DNA of 64,000 bases from Octopus vulgaris. Its lineage: Eukaryota. The notes beneath the pieces are model-generated. The model did not search any database. It saw nothing but the letters and a program-made list of their open reading frames with translations, and was not told where the DNA came from. Position numbers and translations under genes: made by a program. Below are positions 26,905-41,205 of the stretch, one piece after another. The first letter of the stretch is position 1; every line of letters starts with the position of its first letter. The stretch spans positions 77,438,001 through 77,502,000 of the forward strand of contig OX597823.1 of the NCBI GenBank assembly GCA_951406725.2, read 5' to 3'.

Positions 26905-27300
26905 ACACAACTGCTTAACTTCCCAAGCTAACCTGTCATATCTTTCGACATTTCTTTCTTCCTTGTTGTCAGCTGGGCATGCTATATCTATGATCCAGCA
27001 TAATTTGTTTTCTTTCTCAATTAAGACTATGTTTGGTTTCCTATTCTCTATCTCATAGTCGCACTGAATCATAAAATCCCATGGGTTCGTTACCTTTCTA
27101 TTTTCGAAAAGGCCTTCATTTTTGTGGTCATACCAATCTTTTGCTCTGTCGAGTCCATACTTGTTGCAAAGTGTCCAATGGACAAGCCTAGCTATATTGT
27201 CATGGCGTCTCTTATATTCTTTTTGGGCTATTGGCATAGATTGGCTAGTAATATGCCATACCGTTTCACCGTTTTGTCCACAGATTCTACACTAATCACT
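26905..27300 (-). pseudogene. R4/Dong-clade non-LTR retrotransposon fragment: zinc knuckle plus restriction-like endonuclease
   Basis: Minus-strand translation CRICGQNGETVWHITS..AQKEYKRRHDNIARLVHW..WDFMIQCD..NRKPNIVLIEK..IIDIACP..ERYDRLAWEV carries CCHC-like, RHD and degenerate PD..D motifs. Confidence 0.85.
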
Positions 27301-27669
27301 TTATTATTATTATTATTCAGTAGTTTTATTTTCATAGTGTGCTTTCACTTCACTACTAAGTGCAGCTCTCTGTGTCTTGGGTATGTATTGTGGTTTGATG
27401 TGATGCTCTTATTTTTACTGTATTGAAAGTGTTTTGCGTAGGATGTGTGCAGTGCCCAGTAGTGCAATTTTCTGTATGTTATATATATATGTAAGTCCTG
27501 GTGTTTTTGTTATGTATTTATCTGAATATTTTTTTTTATCATACCTAATGCGCCTACTATGATAGGAATTGTTTCTGTTTTTAGATTCCACATTTGAGTT
27601 ACCTCTATTTCCAGGTCTTTGTCTGCTGGTATTGATACATCAATTAGAAAGCATTTTTATTCTTCATGA

Positions 27670-27670
<1 letters not shown>
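27301..27670 (-). mobile_element. R4/Dong-clade LINE 3' end with (TAA)n tail
   Basis: Translation ..MWNLKTETIPIIVGALGMIK../..IQKIALLGTAHILRKTLSIQ*, followed by a 3' UTR ending aataaaactactgaataataataa. (TAA)n on both sides. Confidence 0.85.
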
Positions 27671-27671
<1 letters not shown>

Positions 27672-27712
<41 letters not shown>

Positions 27713-27716
27713 CATT

Positions 27717-27762
<46 letters not shown>
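27672..27762. repeat. (TTA)n microsatellite
   Basis: Direct inspection. Confidence 0.95.
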
Positions 27763-28836
27763 GCAATAGAAAAAATTGGAAGTGAATTAGTAGAATCAGT
27801 AGAATGTCAAACAAAATTCCTTGTGGCATTTCACTATGCTCTCTTAGGCTGGTGTCCCACCATAGTCAATTTTGCCAATTGTCTTTCTTGAATTGATAGA
27901 TATGTTGCTGTCAATCACTGGTATTGATCTTATCATCTATACGTTTTCAAGAATGTTGAGATCTCGGTCATAGCTTGAATTTAAAATTAATAGCAAAAGC
28001 CGATCTATTATCAATTATACATAATGTTCTATTGTTAACTAATTATTTATACTTCTATTCTATGCAGTGAATAAATAATAGTTGCACTATAAATACCTAT
28101 AAGCATTTAGTTGGTAACTGTAGTAATACTATCAATAGCAACAGCTGTTCTATTGATAACAACAATATGCTATAATGATTTGTTATTTCAGTACAGGATC
28201 AATCATTTAAGCAGGGAATATAGTCGAATATTCTAGACCCAATTACTGAGAATGTTTTGAAAAACAGGGAAGAAAATAAAATTGAAATGATTAAGAATAA
28301 CATTGATTTGGTCAGGACTTGAACTTGAAACTAAGAGGGTAGGAGAGGTAAGATAAAAGGCTGTTGTGCCTTCCACTCAGCACTCGAACATTCTTGATAA
28401 CATACTACCTTAACAATAGCTATGAATATTGATTCTTTACCTAGGCACAAGCCTAATTCTAGAAGAGAAGAATACAGTCAATGAAATTGACCCTAACAGC
28501 AGTTAAAATATTGAAATGACTAATGAAGAGAAACAAAACCAGGTCACCAAACTCTTAATCAATGCTGACACCATCTGTAAACCTAAGATTGATTTCTTTT
28601 GACTAAACACAAAGCTTCTTTTTCTAAGGGTAGTAGAAATATTTGAATTTTTTTCGTTTGTTTGTTATTTTTTTTGTTTTTGTTTTTCAATTCATGAAAA
28701 ATAATACTTATACTTAATTTATTTGGACTGGGAGGATAAATTTCAAGGATATTGATGATTGCAGACTGAAAACTTTCTTTGCTAATGAAAAAAAAAAATG
28801 GTTGATGATCATTGCTTTCACTTGATGTTAGATATA

Positions 28837-29233
28837 CTCTTTTACTCTTTTACTTGTTTCAGTCATTTGACAGTGGCCATGCTGGAGCACCGCCTTTAGT
28901 TGAGCAAATCGACCCCAGGACTTATTCTTTGTAAACCTAGTACTTGTTCTATCAGTCTCGTTTGCCAAACCACTAAGTTACAGGGGACGTAAACACACCA
29001 GCATCAGTTGTTGAGCGATGTTGGGGGACAAACACACACACACACACGCACATATATATATACATATATACGATGGGCTTCTTTCAGTTTCCATCCACCA
29101 AATCCACTCACAAGGCTTTGTTGTCCTGAGGCTATAGTAGAAGACACTTGCTCAAGGTGCCACGCAGTGGGACTGAACCTGGAACCATGTGATTTGTAAG
29201 CAAGCTACTTATCACAAAGCCACTCCTATGCCT
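28837..29233 (-). mobile_element. Full-length SINE family A
   Basis: Reverse complement of the 11382 copy. Confidence 0.9.
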
Positions 29234-29377
29234 ATATACTTTGTAAATTACAAGGAAATATTATTGTGTATTTTTTATATGTGAATTGTCATACAGGTAG
29301 AGGATTAGTATGAAATATGCAATGTGACATATATAGGTGTGGTAAATGTATGTGTGTGTGTGTGTATGTATGTATGC

Positions 29378-29678
29378 GGTTGGTGTTAGGAAGGGTGTCC
29401 AGCTGTAGAAACTCTGCCAGACCAGATTGAAGCCTGGTGCAGCCACTGGCTCTCCAGAACTCTGTCAAGCCGTCCAAACCATCCTAGCATGGAAAAAGAA
29501 CATTAATCGATGATGGTGATGATGCTGGTGTGTTTACATCCCCGTAACTTAGTGGTTCAGCAAAAGAAAGCGATAGAATAAGTACTAGGCTTACAAAGAA
29601 TAAGTCCTGCCATCGATTTACTCAGCTAAAGGCGTGCTTCAGCATGGCCAGTCACATGACTGAAACAAGTAAAAGAGT
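29378..29678 (+). mobile_element. SINE family C fragment fused to the 3' half of SINE family A
   Basis: gttggtgttaggaagggtgtccagctgtag...gatgatg is followed directly by gatgctggtgtgtttac...aagtaaaagag. Confidence 0.75.
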
Positions 29679-29743
29679 ATATATATATATATTTATATTT
29701 ATATCAATTGATTGGTTGATATATATATATATATATATGTATT

Positions 29744-29797
<54 letters not shown>

Positions 29798-30328
29798 CAT
29801 ATACTAAGAAAAAAATCTTTGTTCATGTTTATTTCATTATTGGAATCATTTGTTTTATAGCCAGACAACTAGACACCCTTCCTATCAGTGTTCACTGAAT
29901 GCTTCAGTTGGAATTGAACTGGTTTTAATAACCATACACATTGAAACATATAAGGCTATGTCCCTTGATCAGGAATTAGATACAGTGTGTGTAGTAAGGT
30001 TTTAAACACATGACCTTCGGATTATTAGTATTGCGGAATTTTCTCATAAAAATAAATCAAAACCAATACAGATGTAGATTGATAAACAAGCTCCTGAACA
30101 CACATACTATATATATATATATATTCTCCTACACACACACACATGCATATATATATATAAATACATAAGCGTGTGTATATTTGAGAACAATATTGACTGT
30201 TACACTGCTTATTTATAATGTAGCATCAAGCAAACATACTGATAGACATGCTTGAGTATATGTGTGGATTTTTGTGTATACACACACACATGCATATATA
30301 TATATATATATATATATCTTTCTACCAA

Positions 30329-30345
30329 TCTATCAATCTATCTAT

Positions 30346-30433
<88 letters not shown>

Positions 30434-30451
30434 TTATCTATCTATCCATCC

Positions 30452-30515
<64 letters not shown>
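30329..30515. repeat. (TATC)n microsatellite
   Basis: Direct inspection. Confidence 0.95.
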
Positions 30516-30535
30516 CTTTCTCTCTCTCTCTCCCC

Positions 30536-30567
<32 letters not shown>

Positions 30568-30609
30568 CAATATGTACTGTTGGATTAAGAAGTGCCAAGA
30601 CATGTGAAT

Positions 30610-30661
<52 letters not shown>

Positions 30662-31171
30662 TGTAGTAGTAGTAGTAGTAGTAGGAGGAGGAGGAGGGAA
30701 AGGAGCTGATCTCTGAGTGTGAGACTTCTTGAAAAAAGACAAGTGAGAACCACAGCAAATGGTGAGATGCTGTGCCGAAGAAGAGCCGCCCAACCGATGC
30801 TACAATGATGATGATGATGATGATGATGAAGACAAGGGTAGCGGTGGTAGTGGAGGTGGAAGTGGTGGCAGTGCTGGTGGAAGTGGTGGTGGTGGTGGTG
30901 GTAGTGGTGTTAGTAGCGTTGTATACACATATCTGCCATTGATCAATGCAAGTGCATGTATCTAAATGACCCATATTCGAATGTGTTTTCTTCTTCTTTC
31001 ATTTTCCCAATGACTTGATACAGAATTATTGATCTTTAAAAAGGCACATATAAGTATGCTACTTAATTATGTTCGATTTCCCTGTGGTCTGACTTTCAGA
31101 TGTCAGGGAATGTGCACATGCACATATAACATGTACATAAGCACACACACACATATGCATATATGTGTGCA

Positions 31172-31212
<41 letters not shown>

Positions 31213-31486
31213 GCATACATACATATATATATATATTTATATATGTATGTGTGTGCATGTGTATACATGTTGAACATACTTGCACACATATACATGAAAG
31301 AGTGGTAAGACAAGGGAAGCTGATGTATACATTTGTATAACATTAGAGATGACTAAACATTACACACACAAACTGAAACACATACACTCACATACAAACA
31401 TACATACATACATACATAAATATATATATGTATGCACATGTATATATATATATATATATATATACATATATATATGTATGCACATG

Positions 31487-31521
<35 letters not shown>

Positions 31522-31668
31522 GTACACACATGTATGCATATATATAAACATATATATATATCAATGGGGTGCCATCCTATATATAGTACTTTATTCAACA
31601 CTCCTAACCTGCTCATTTTCCTGTAGTTCTGTTCTATTTTCTCTTTCTCTCTCTCTCTCCTTCTCCTT

Positions 31669-31732
<64 letters not shown>

Positions 31733-31833
31733 TACCTATTTATTTAGTAGTAAGACCCAACACCCATCAAGCTTTTCACCCTGCCAAAATATTTAAGCAC
31801 ATTTTCCCTTGAGCTTATATATATATATGCTTG

Positions 31834-31913
<80 letters not shown>

Positions 31914-32767
31914 TATGTGTGTGTGTTTATAGATACATACACACAAATGCAGACATACCCATTGGACACGGTAAAGTAAGGTATGCTGTTTCTAAGAAAC
32001 ATAATCCTTGGCTTTTTGTGAAGAGTAAATGAAGTGGTTACACTCCAGTTATTTCTCTCTCCATGGACAAAAATAGAGCTGAGAATGATATGAATGGTTT
32101 CTAGTTTTCTTAGACTGTCATCAGAGAAAGAATATATATATTTATATCTCCTGTTCATGAACAGATTAGTATCCCACAGCTATTTATGACTCCATTGTTA
32201 ACTAAATATCCAACACGTAGATGCACACTTATATACTCACACATGTGTGTATATGTTGTTTATGATATACATATATATAAATAAATGTTTGCTTGTGTGT
32301 ATGCATATTTTATAATACTGGCATGGAGTAGTGAATATGTTTTTGAGGCATTGTTTTAAAGATGGATGTCCATATTCGGTATTCATGTGTGTGTGTCTGT
32401 ATGCATGTGTGTATGTGTGTAAGTATTCATATGTGTGTGTTTTTGTGTATGTGTGTGTGCAAAAAAGACCGATAGGATAAGTTCTAGACTTACAAAGAAC
32501 AAGTCATGGGATCAGTTTGTTTGAATAAAGGCGTTGCTCCAGCATGGCCACAGTCAAATGACTGAAATCTCTCCCCAAAAAACTAAACGAATAGAAATTA
32601 AAACACATGTATTCACCTATACCTACGTGTCATACACTTGTGTACACACAGAGTAAAACGCACACTCGCACACATCAAAATGCCTTCTGTGATTCATTAT
32701 TAAATAATAAATTTTATCTTAAGCTGAATGTGTGTATATATATATGTATGTATATATATATATTATG

Positions 32768-32801
<34 letters not shown>

Positions 32802-32825
32802 TGTGTATGTATGTATGTATGTATG

Positions 32826-32899
<74 letters not shown>

Positions 32900-33261
32900 A
32901 GTGAGTGTATGTATGTATATATTTGCATATATCTCTATGTATGTCTGTATATTCATATGTGTCTATATGTGTGTGTGATTGTATCTCATAAAACAAATTT
33001 GATTGCACATCTATTTGTCTTGGGGTTATTTTCTCTGCTATAAATACTGTGTGCTACTCCCAAGAAATGCTAATATTATATGTGAGTGTATTAATGATGT
33101 AGTACAAGGATATGTGTTATATTTCTCGCAGTCTTCTATCTATTTTGGTACACTTCCATGAAATATTTGCTTCCAGTCTCTTATTTTCTGGAGAAACTTA
33201 AATTAGTGAGAAGTTTTAAAGTACAATGTTTGAATGTACGCAAAGGATACAAAATACCTCT

Positions 33262-33645
33262 TCATTGTTGTTTGTGTTGCTGCTGCTGCTGATAATGATG
33301 ATGAGGATGGTGGTGGTGGTGGTGGTGCTGGATGAGGTGATGGTATGATGATGAGGAGGGTGGTAATGATCACGATGATGACAACTGTGGAAGTCGTGCT
33401 GGAGATGTTGGCGGTGTTGGTGGTGGTGGTAGCGACAATGATGGTGATGAGGATGATGATGACAACACTGATGATGATTATGGTGATGACGGCGATAATA
33501 AAGGTGATGGTGGTGATGGTGGTGATGATGGTGATGAGGGTAATGATGATGATGATAATGATGATGATGATGGTGGTGACAGTGATGATAAAGATGGTGG
33601 TAATGATGATGATGATGGATGGTGATGATGATGATGGTAATGATC
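33262..33645. repeat. Degenerate (GAT/GGT)n low-complexity tract
   Basis: Direct inspection. This is the source of the spurious His-rich and Met-rich ORFs. Confidence 0.9.
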
Positions 33646-33819
33646 AAGGTGATTACTATTATGCTGGTACTTAGTCCTCAGATTAGCCCTGACTGATCAG
33701 ACCACTAAACCAAATCATGACTCACCTATTCAATTAACAAATATTTCATAAATAGGGCATGTTGGTTTTTCCCTTTTCTCATTTCCCTTCAGCTTGCAAT
33801 CCTTGACATCCTTCTGTTT

Positions 33820-34100
33820 TAAGAGGCAGGTGGGGGTCTAACACATCTAGGTAAAGTTACCTCCACAAATCATGCCAACTAATAAGGGCCAGCTTCCCAG
33901 TTTCACAGTGTATAAGTTTCCCACATGGACAAGACACCAGTCTGTTACAGAATTACTTGTTTTTGCTCTCTGAATTGACTGGAGTAACATGAAATGACGA
34001 GTTTTGCTCAAGAAGACAACAAATTACCTAGTCCAGGAATTGAAACTACACTCTAACGATCATTAGTCCAACACCCTAACCACTAAGCCACGGGCCTGCA
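33820..34100 (-). mobile_element. SINE family D, degenerate
   Basis: gactggagtaacatgaaatga..ttgctcaagaagacaac..ggaattgaact, homologous to 58955-59206. Confidence 0.65.
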
Positions 34101-34275
34101 CTAGTTTTACACCGCTGGCCAATAAAGATCTGATTTACTGCTCAACATTAGAGGCAACCCCCTCTTTTACTGTGGCTGCTGCTTTTCATAATGGCACTAA
34201 AGTAACATCTCAAGGCCACAAACTTGAGCCAACTGTATAGAGATCCTGGGTGGCTCAGATGGCCCAGATACAATA

Positions 34276-34892
34276 CAGTAATCCCTCAACTATCACGGGT
34301 GTTACATTCCAAATCCCCCTGCAATAGGTGAAAATTCACGAAGTAGAAAGAGTATACTGTATATTTTTTGAAATCATTTTTATAATTCATATATATGCGA
34401 ATGGTCTTTTTATACGGCACCATTTATGCAATCCTGTAAGTAACAATAATGGTACTTTTATATAAGCTTAAAGCTTATGGCAGTCACCATGCAATGACTA
34501 AGGAAATAGTCTAATAATGGGGCATATAAGCCCTCGACAGAAAAAGGAAAGCTTTCCTATCTAGCCTTCTTTTCTCTGTTGAGGGCTAATATGCCCCTTT
34601 ATTAGACTATTTTCCTTAGTCATTGCATGTTATTGCCATAAACTTTAAGCTTATATAAAAATACCATTATTATTATTTACTGGATTGTGGATCACGTGGA
34701 TGAGAAAGGCGCGATCCAGAGAGGAGTGGACAGCGTGCTGTGACCAGCGGTGTCAAATGGACGCCTGACGGACTGGTCGGTCAAAGTGAAAGTGATCAAG
34801 TGATAAATGCAAAACAACAGCACCGAGGAATCAACGTAAGCTTAAATAATAGACCATAATAAGGTGAAGTACATTATGGCAAGGGATTACCC
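34276..34892. mobile_element. pogo/Tigger-like MITE carrying a nested palindromic insert
   Basis: TA-cagtaatccctcaactat ... attatggcaagggattac TIR-like ends. Internal inverted repeat at 34429-34687. Confidence 0.55.
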
Positions 34893-36229
34893 TACACTAC
34901 TTCCAGCCCCACTATTTTAGTCCAAAGATGTGCAGAACAATACATCTGGGACAAGTTCTACTGCAGAAATTGCTAGAAGACTATCGAGTCAAAAACCAGA
35001 CCACAATAGGAACTCCAATCTAGAGATTTACCCTCCAACCTTTTTCTTAGAAAGCAGTAAGGGTATCTATTCATAGCTGTGGATCCATAATTATTTACAA
35101 TTGTCCATACCAAGCGCTGTCTACTGGAGCCATTTGAACCTGGAACTCATGTTATTAACAGATATAGAGTTTAGAAAAATTCGCAACAAAGTATGAGTGA
35201 GATTTAGTTTGGATTCTTAAATGTAACCCAAATCACTTCACTGGTGGTACAAGCTCTTATTGGTTAAGCCATGCCTATGAGAAAATTCTGTTTGTTGTTT
35301 TATATTTGAAGAAGATGTAGCTATATAATTTCTATGTATATTATTTTGTTTTTTCTTTTTTATAGCCATGTTTTCAGTCATAACTGAACTATCGTAGAAT
35401 AGCATAGATAGTATCGAGATAGTGTTGTGATAATATTCAGATATGATAAGAGTATTTTGTGAATGATTTGGATGATATCTTTTGTAGGCTACTATAAACA
35501 TTACTACTATTACTACTACTACTACTACCACCACTACCACTACTACTACTACTACTCCACCACCATCACTACTACAACCATCATCACTCCCACCAGCACA
35601 ATCACCAGCACTCCTACAACCACCACCACCATCGCCACCTTCACCACCACTGCTATTTTTATTCTTTCTGTTAGTGATGCAAATTTTTTGTGGGGATTTT
35701 CTTCAAGTGAAATTGTCACATTCTCTTTTCCGCCCCACCCCCCGCCTTAAATTAAAACCTTACCTTACCCTTCTACAATCACCAATACCATCATGCAACC
35801 ACAAAGAAATAAACCTATATATCACAGAAAATTTTCTTCAGCTCAAAAGAATTTTCTTTGCTCATAGAATCTTAAAGCTAGATAGATGTATTTTTTTCAG
35901 ATTTTTAAATCTCATTTTGTTCACTTAACACTTCCTGTTTTTTGTTATTTCTGTTCAGTTTTGCAACAGGAGATCATTAATTTTTCATTGCATGTCCATG
36001 ATTTTTTAACTTCGCAAATCTGTTTATTTATAATTCAACTTGGCTTAATCTTTCATTGGACGAATGGAAATCTTTTGAGTCCTTTTCTATACCACCACTA
36101 CCACCACCCTCATTTCCTACATTCCAAATCCAATTTATCCAACCAGATGATATGTGTGTGTGTGCTTCCATGTATCTATGTATGTATGTATATATATGCA
36201 TATATATGTATGTATATTTATATATGCAC

Positions 36230-36300
<71 letters not shown>

Positions 36301-36417
36301 TATGTACATGCATATTTATATAAGTTCAGTAAAACTTAGATTCAGATGAATATGTTACTTAAGTTAAAGGCACCAGTATTTACTGTGGTATTATCCATAT
36401 AATTCAAAATGGTTATT

Positions 36418-37508
<1,091 letters not shown>

Positions 37509-37562
37509 AAAAAAAAAAAAAAAAAAAGTATATGTATATCTACCTGTCTATCTACATATATT

Positions 37563-37750
37563 GGGAGAATTCACAAAAAAACAAAAGACAAAGACAGGTG
37601 ATGTAGACAACAAACAGATGTATTAGTATAACGCTCAGGAAGTGAAAAGGTATTTAACGTTTCAAACCTACGCTCTTCCACAGAAAGGAACACAGAAAAG
37701 AAACAAGGAGATAAAATAGAGGATGTGTAATGGCTAGCAATCTATCATGT
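37563..37750 (-). mobile_element. Penelope-like short element with hammerhead-like motif at 37650-37690
   Basis: Minus strand has ttt-CTGTGGA-A-GAGCgtagGTTT-GAA-ACGT-T-aaa. Inverted partner of 37873-38111. Confidence 0.6.
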
Positions 37751-37872
37751 TATATGTTTTTATATGTTGTATATCTATGTATGCATGCATGTATATGTAT
37801 GTATGTGTATATGTATATCTGTGTATGTATATATGTACACATATATGTGAGTATAAACATATATATATATCC

Positions 37873-38111
37873 ATCCCCTTCTCCCTAGCTCTCCTGCGTG
37901 ACCCTTCTGTCCGGCATTCGTCATGATAGATCGCTAGCCACTACACATTCTATATTTTCTCTCCTTGTTTCTTTCTGTGTTCCTTTCTGTGGAAGAACAT
38001 AGGCTCGAAACTTTAAAGACTTTTTCACTACCCGAGCATTATACTAATACATCTGATTGTCGTCTACACCACCCATCTTTGTCTTTTGTTTTTTTTTTGT
38101 GAATTCTCCCT
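37873..38111 (+). mobile_element. Penelope-like short element with decayed hammerhead-like motif at 37981-38020
   Basis: cttt-CTGTGGA-A-GAACatagGCTC-GAAAC-TTT-aaagac. Homologous to 1373-1630. Confidence 0.6.
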
Positions 38112-38364
38112 ATATCCATGTATGTCTGTTAGAGTTCACTCAACAAGTCTTTGATCAATCTGAAACTGTGATAGAAAACTTTTGCCCCCAAATTTTATTT
38201 AATGGAATCAGACTGGAATCCCTTCATTACATAACAAACTCCTTTATCACATGGCATGGCACACCTTTTATGGTACATCAATTTTAATTCCGTTGAAAAT
38301 ACCAATATAACTAGTCCCTCAATCATCACCTGGCATTAAGCCACCTCTCGCAGTTAAGGGGTTC

Positions 38365-38747
38365 TTGTCTTACAAGCTGGTGACCTTACTAGTGCTGGTA
38401 ACATGTAAAAAAACATCCAGTATACTTTGTAAAGTGGTTGGCATCAAGAAGGGTTTCCAGATAGTAGTGCTAGGTGCAGTCCCCTGGCTTGCCATCACTT
38501 GTCAAACCATCCGACCCATGCCAGCATAGAAAATGGATGTTAAATGACAATGAAGAAGGGTCTTTGCCTTGAAAGTTACTTGGCGACCTCACTAGAGCTG
38601 GAGGTATGTGAAATTCCCCTAGTTGACATTAGGAGGGGCATCCAGCTGTAGAGACCATGCAAATGCTCTCATTGTGGTCTGGTGCAATCCTCTGGCTCAC
38701 CATCTCTGGTCGAACCATCAGCACATGCCATGGAAAACAAACATTAA

Positions 38748-38760
<13 letters not shown>
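38365..38760 (+). mobile_element. Two tandem SINE family C copies
   Basis: gtggttggcatcaagaaggg... and gttgacattaggaggggcatccagctgtag..., each ending in a ttaaatga.. tail. Confidence 0.7.
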
Positions 38761-38779
<19 letters not shown>

Positions 38780-38799
38780 GGTGGTGATGATGATAATGA

Positions 38800-38830
<31 letters not shown>

Positions 38831-39451
38831 GGTGGTGATGATGAACTAGTATGGATAGAACCTGTTTTCAAGTAGGAGGCATGTAGAGTGGTTTATCTAA
38901 CCAGATCTTGATCTAATATATTTATCTAACGCATTTTATACTTCTAATCTCTGAGATCACAGTTAGTATTTTTATCTATTTTAATAAAAATAATAAAAGG
39001 GAAATATAAAATAAATAGTAATTAAAGAAAAAAAAATTTATCTGATCTTATGAGGTGGAAATTTCAGAATATAAACAAATTACATACGTCAATGGTAGAA
39101 ATAAACAGAATCATTTTGAAAGTTTATTTTAAATGGATCCTTGTTTCTTAGGCAAACCTTAAACTTCTGCTAATTTTCCAACCCAAACATTCTTATAATT
39201 GCTGTATATACAAACTATTTGCTTTCACTTTCCTTCTCCTTACCTCCATTTGTTTCACTTACATAGATTCTGCGTTATTTTTTTTTTTCACAAAGGAAGA
39301 AAGCCAAGCTAATTGTCAAGCTAGTAATATTAATGCCAGAAAATCATCTAAAAAAGAATCAGTTACTCTATTTTTATTTACGTTTCAGCTGATCTTTTAT
39401 AGCAGGAGAGAGTTTAAAAGTAAAATTTATCTTGGTTTTGAATGAAAGATA

Positions 39452-39501
<50 letters not shown>

Positions 39502-40872
39502 AGTATAAATATATATATATTTATATATATATATATATATATAAAGTAAAATAACAAAAATGGGAGACATGAACGTATAAATTAAACTCCGAGAGAAAGT
39601 AATTTTCAAATGTCAGTTTTTATTTTCTTAATTTAATTTTTCTTTTTTTTTTATGATTAGTTGTTGTAAACAGTAAACTTCTGCTACTGCAGATGTGCTA
39701 GGAATTAAATGTATTGCAATGCAATGTCAGGAACAGATTTACAGCAAGATGGTTTTTTTCTGTTTACAGGAATATCTAAACATTTATTTCTTGTGTTAAA
39801 AGAACTCAGAGCAAGATAGCAGCAAGATTTACCTGTATTTCTTCTGTCAATGATCCGTTTATTCTAGCAGAGAATGCTTCCATAATCAACCGATTCCAGC
39901 TGAACATTATTAGTATGAATTGTTTATAGCACCATTCTGATGCAATCCTGTTTATCAGGAATTGGTGTGGTACACTAAATGTAACTGACAAAGTCAAAAT
40001 GTGTATCTTGGAAGATTCGAATATTAAGAGATGAGAGAATAGAAAGCAAATTGATTTTAGCATATCACAATCAACCCATTTGACAAGTTATGCTCTTTCA
40101 AAGTGCATGCTGTGATTATAAATCATTGAAAACAGATTAGATATTAAACTTCCTACGATTGTATACTAACCACAGGAGTTTGGTTTAATGTTGACATTAA
40201 TGGAGTTTCACAACGACATAGCTGCATGCTCTATATAAAATATGAAGCCGGAATGTAGAAAGCTGTTGTATCTAATGACAAAAGAGTGTATTTACAAGAG
40301 GAATCAGGTTCTGTACCACTTACCAGATGAAGAATTAGCTTGTAACCAGACAGTTAGTGTTTTCGCATGATATCACTCTATTTCTAGTTTCCCTGAAAAT
40401 GTTGGACAAGAATGGAAAATGGCGAAAACAAAAGTAATGTCCCCAGTGTATGTTGAGCAGTAATTTAGAATGAAGAGATTAACAAGCATTGCAAAATAAA
40501 GTTCCTTATGCTCTAACTATATACTATATTTCATTTATACCATGCCGGCTTTCTGCTCACAATTCCAGTTATTTCACTTTTATCATGAAATGACTTTACA
40601 CAATTTAATTTATTTTCCTTTAAGCAAATAGACAGTTGCATACACACACATAAAACATATATGTATATATATATATTCAAATATGAAATAGAAGCAGTGG
40701 TAGTGTAATAATTATTATCAAGCACATACTTAACATACAAGGTTGGTATTGCAATACCCAGCACTTTGAGAGAGTAATCTCCACCACATCAATTCGCAGC
40801 CTACCAGCAAATATGCAGAAATAATATTATAGGTTTGTGTCGTTGATAATGTTTATATATATAAACATTATT

Positions 40873-41065
40873 GGCGAACTGGCTCAATGGTTAGCATGCT
40901 GGGTGAAATGCTTAGTGGTATTCCCCCTATCACCACATTCTAAGTTCAAATTCCACTGAGGTCAATTATGCCTTTCATCCTTTCTGGGTCGATAAAATAA
41001 GTATCAGTTGAACACTGGGGTCGATGTAATCGACTCATCCCAAGCTGCCCTTGAGGCAAAAATTT
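40873..41065 (+). mobile_element. SINE family B
   Basis: ggcgaactggc...gttcaaattcc..gaggtc..gcctttcatcctt..gggtcgataaaataagta. Confidence 0.8.
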
Positions 41066-41128
41066 TAAATAATACATGTATGTATGTATGTATGTATATC
41101 TAACTTTATATATATATATATACATAGG

Positions 41129-41205
<77 letters not shown>

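Noticed and set aside
31078-31110. Small hairpin ttccctg..tctga/tcaga..cagggaa
   Set aside because: Only ~33 nt, too short for a pre-miRNA and plausible by chance.
32088-32130. Minus-strand CTGATGA-CAGT..ACTA-GAAAC
   Set aside because: Stem III and stem I cannot be formed. Too degenerate to count.
33216-33674. His-rich and Met-rich ORFs
   Set aside because: GAT/GGT low-complexity DNA with no reflectin-like motif, domain or splice support.
39806-40063. 85-aa minus ORF with an internal CAG|GTAAAT donor
   Set aside because: No recognisable domain. The length is within chance for this composition.
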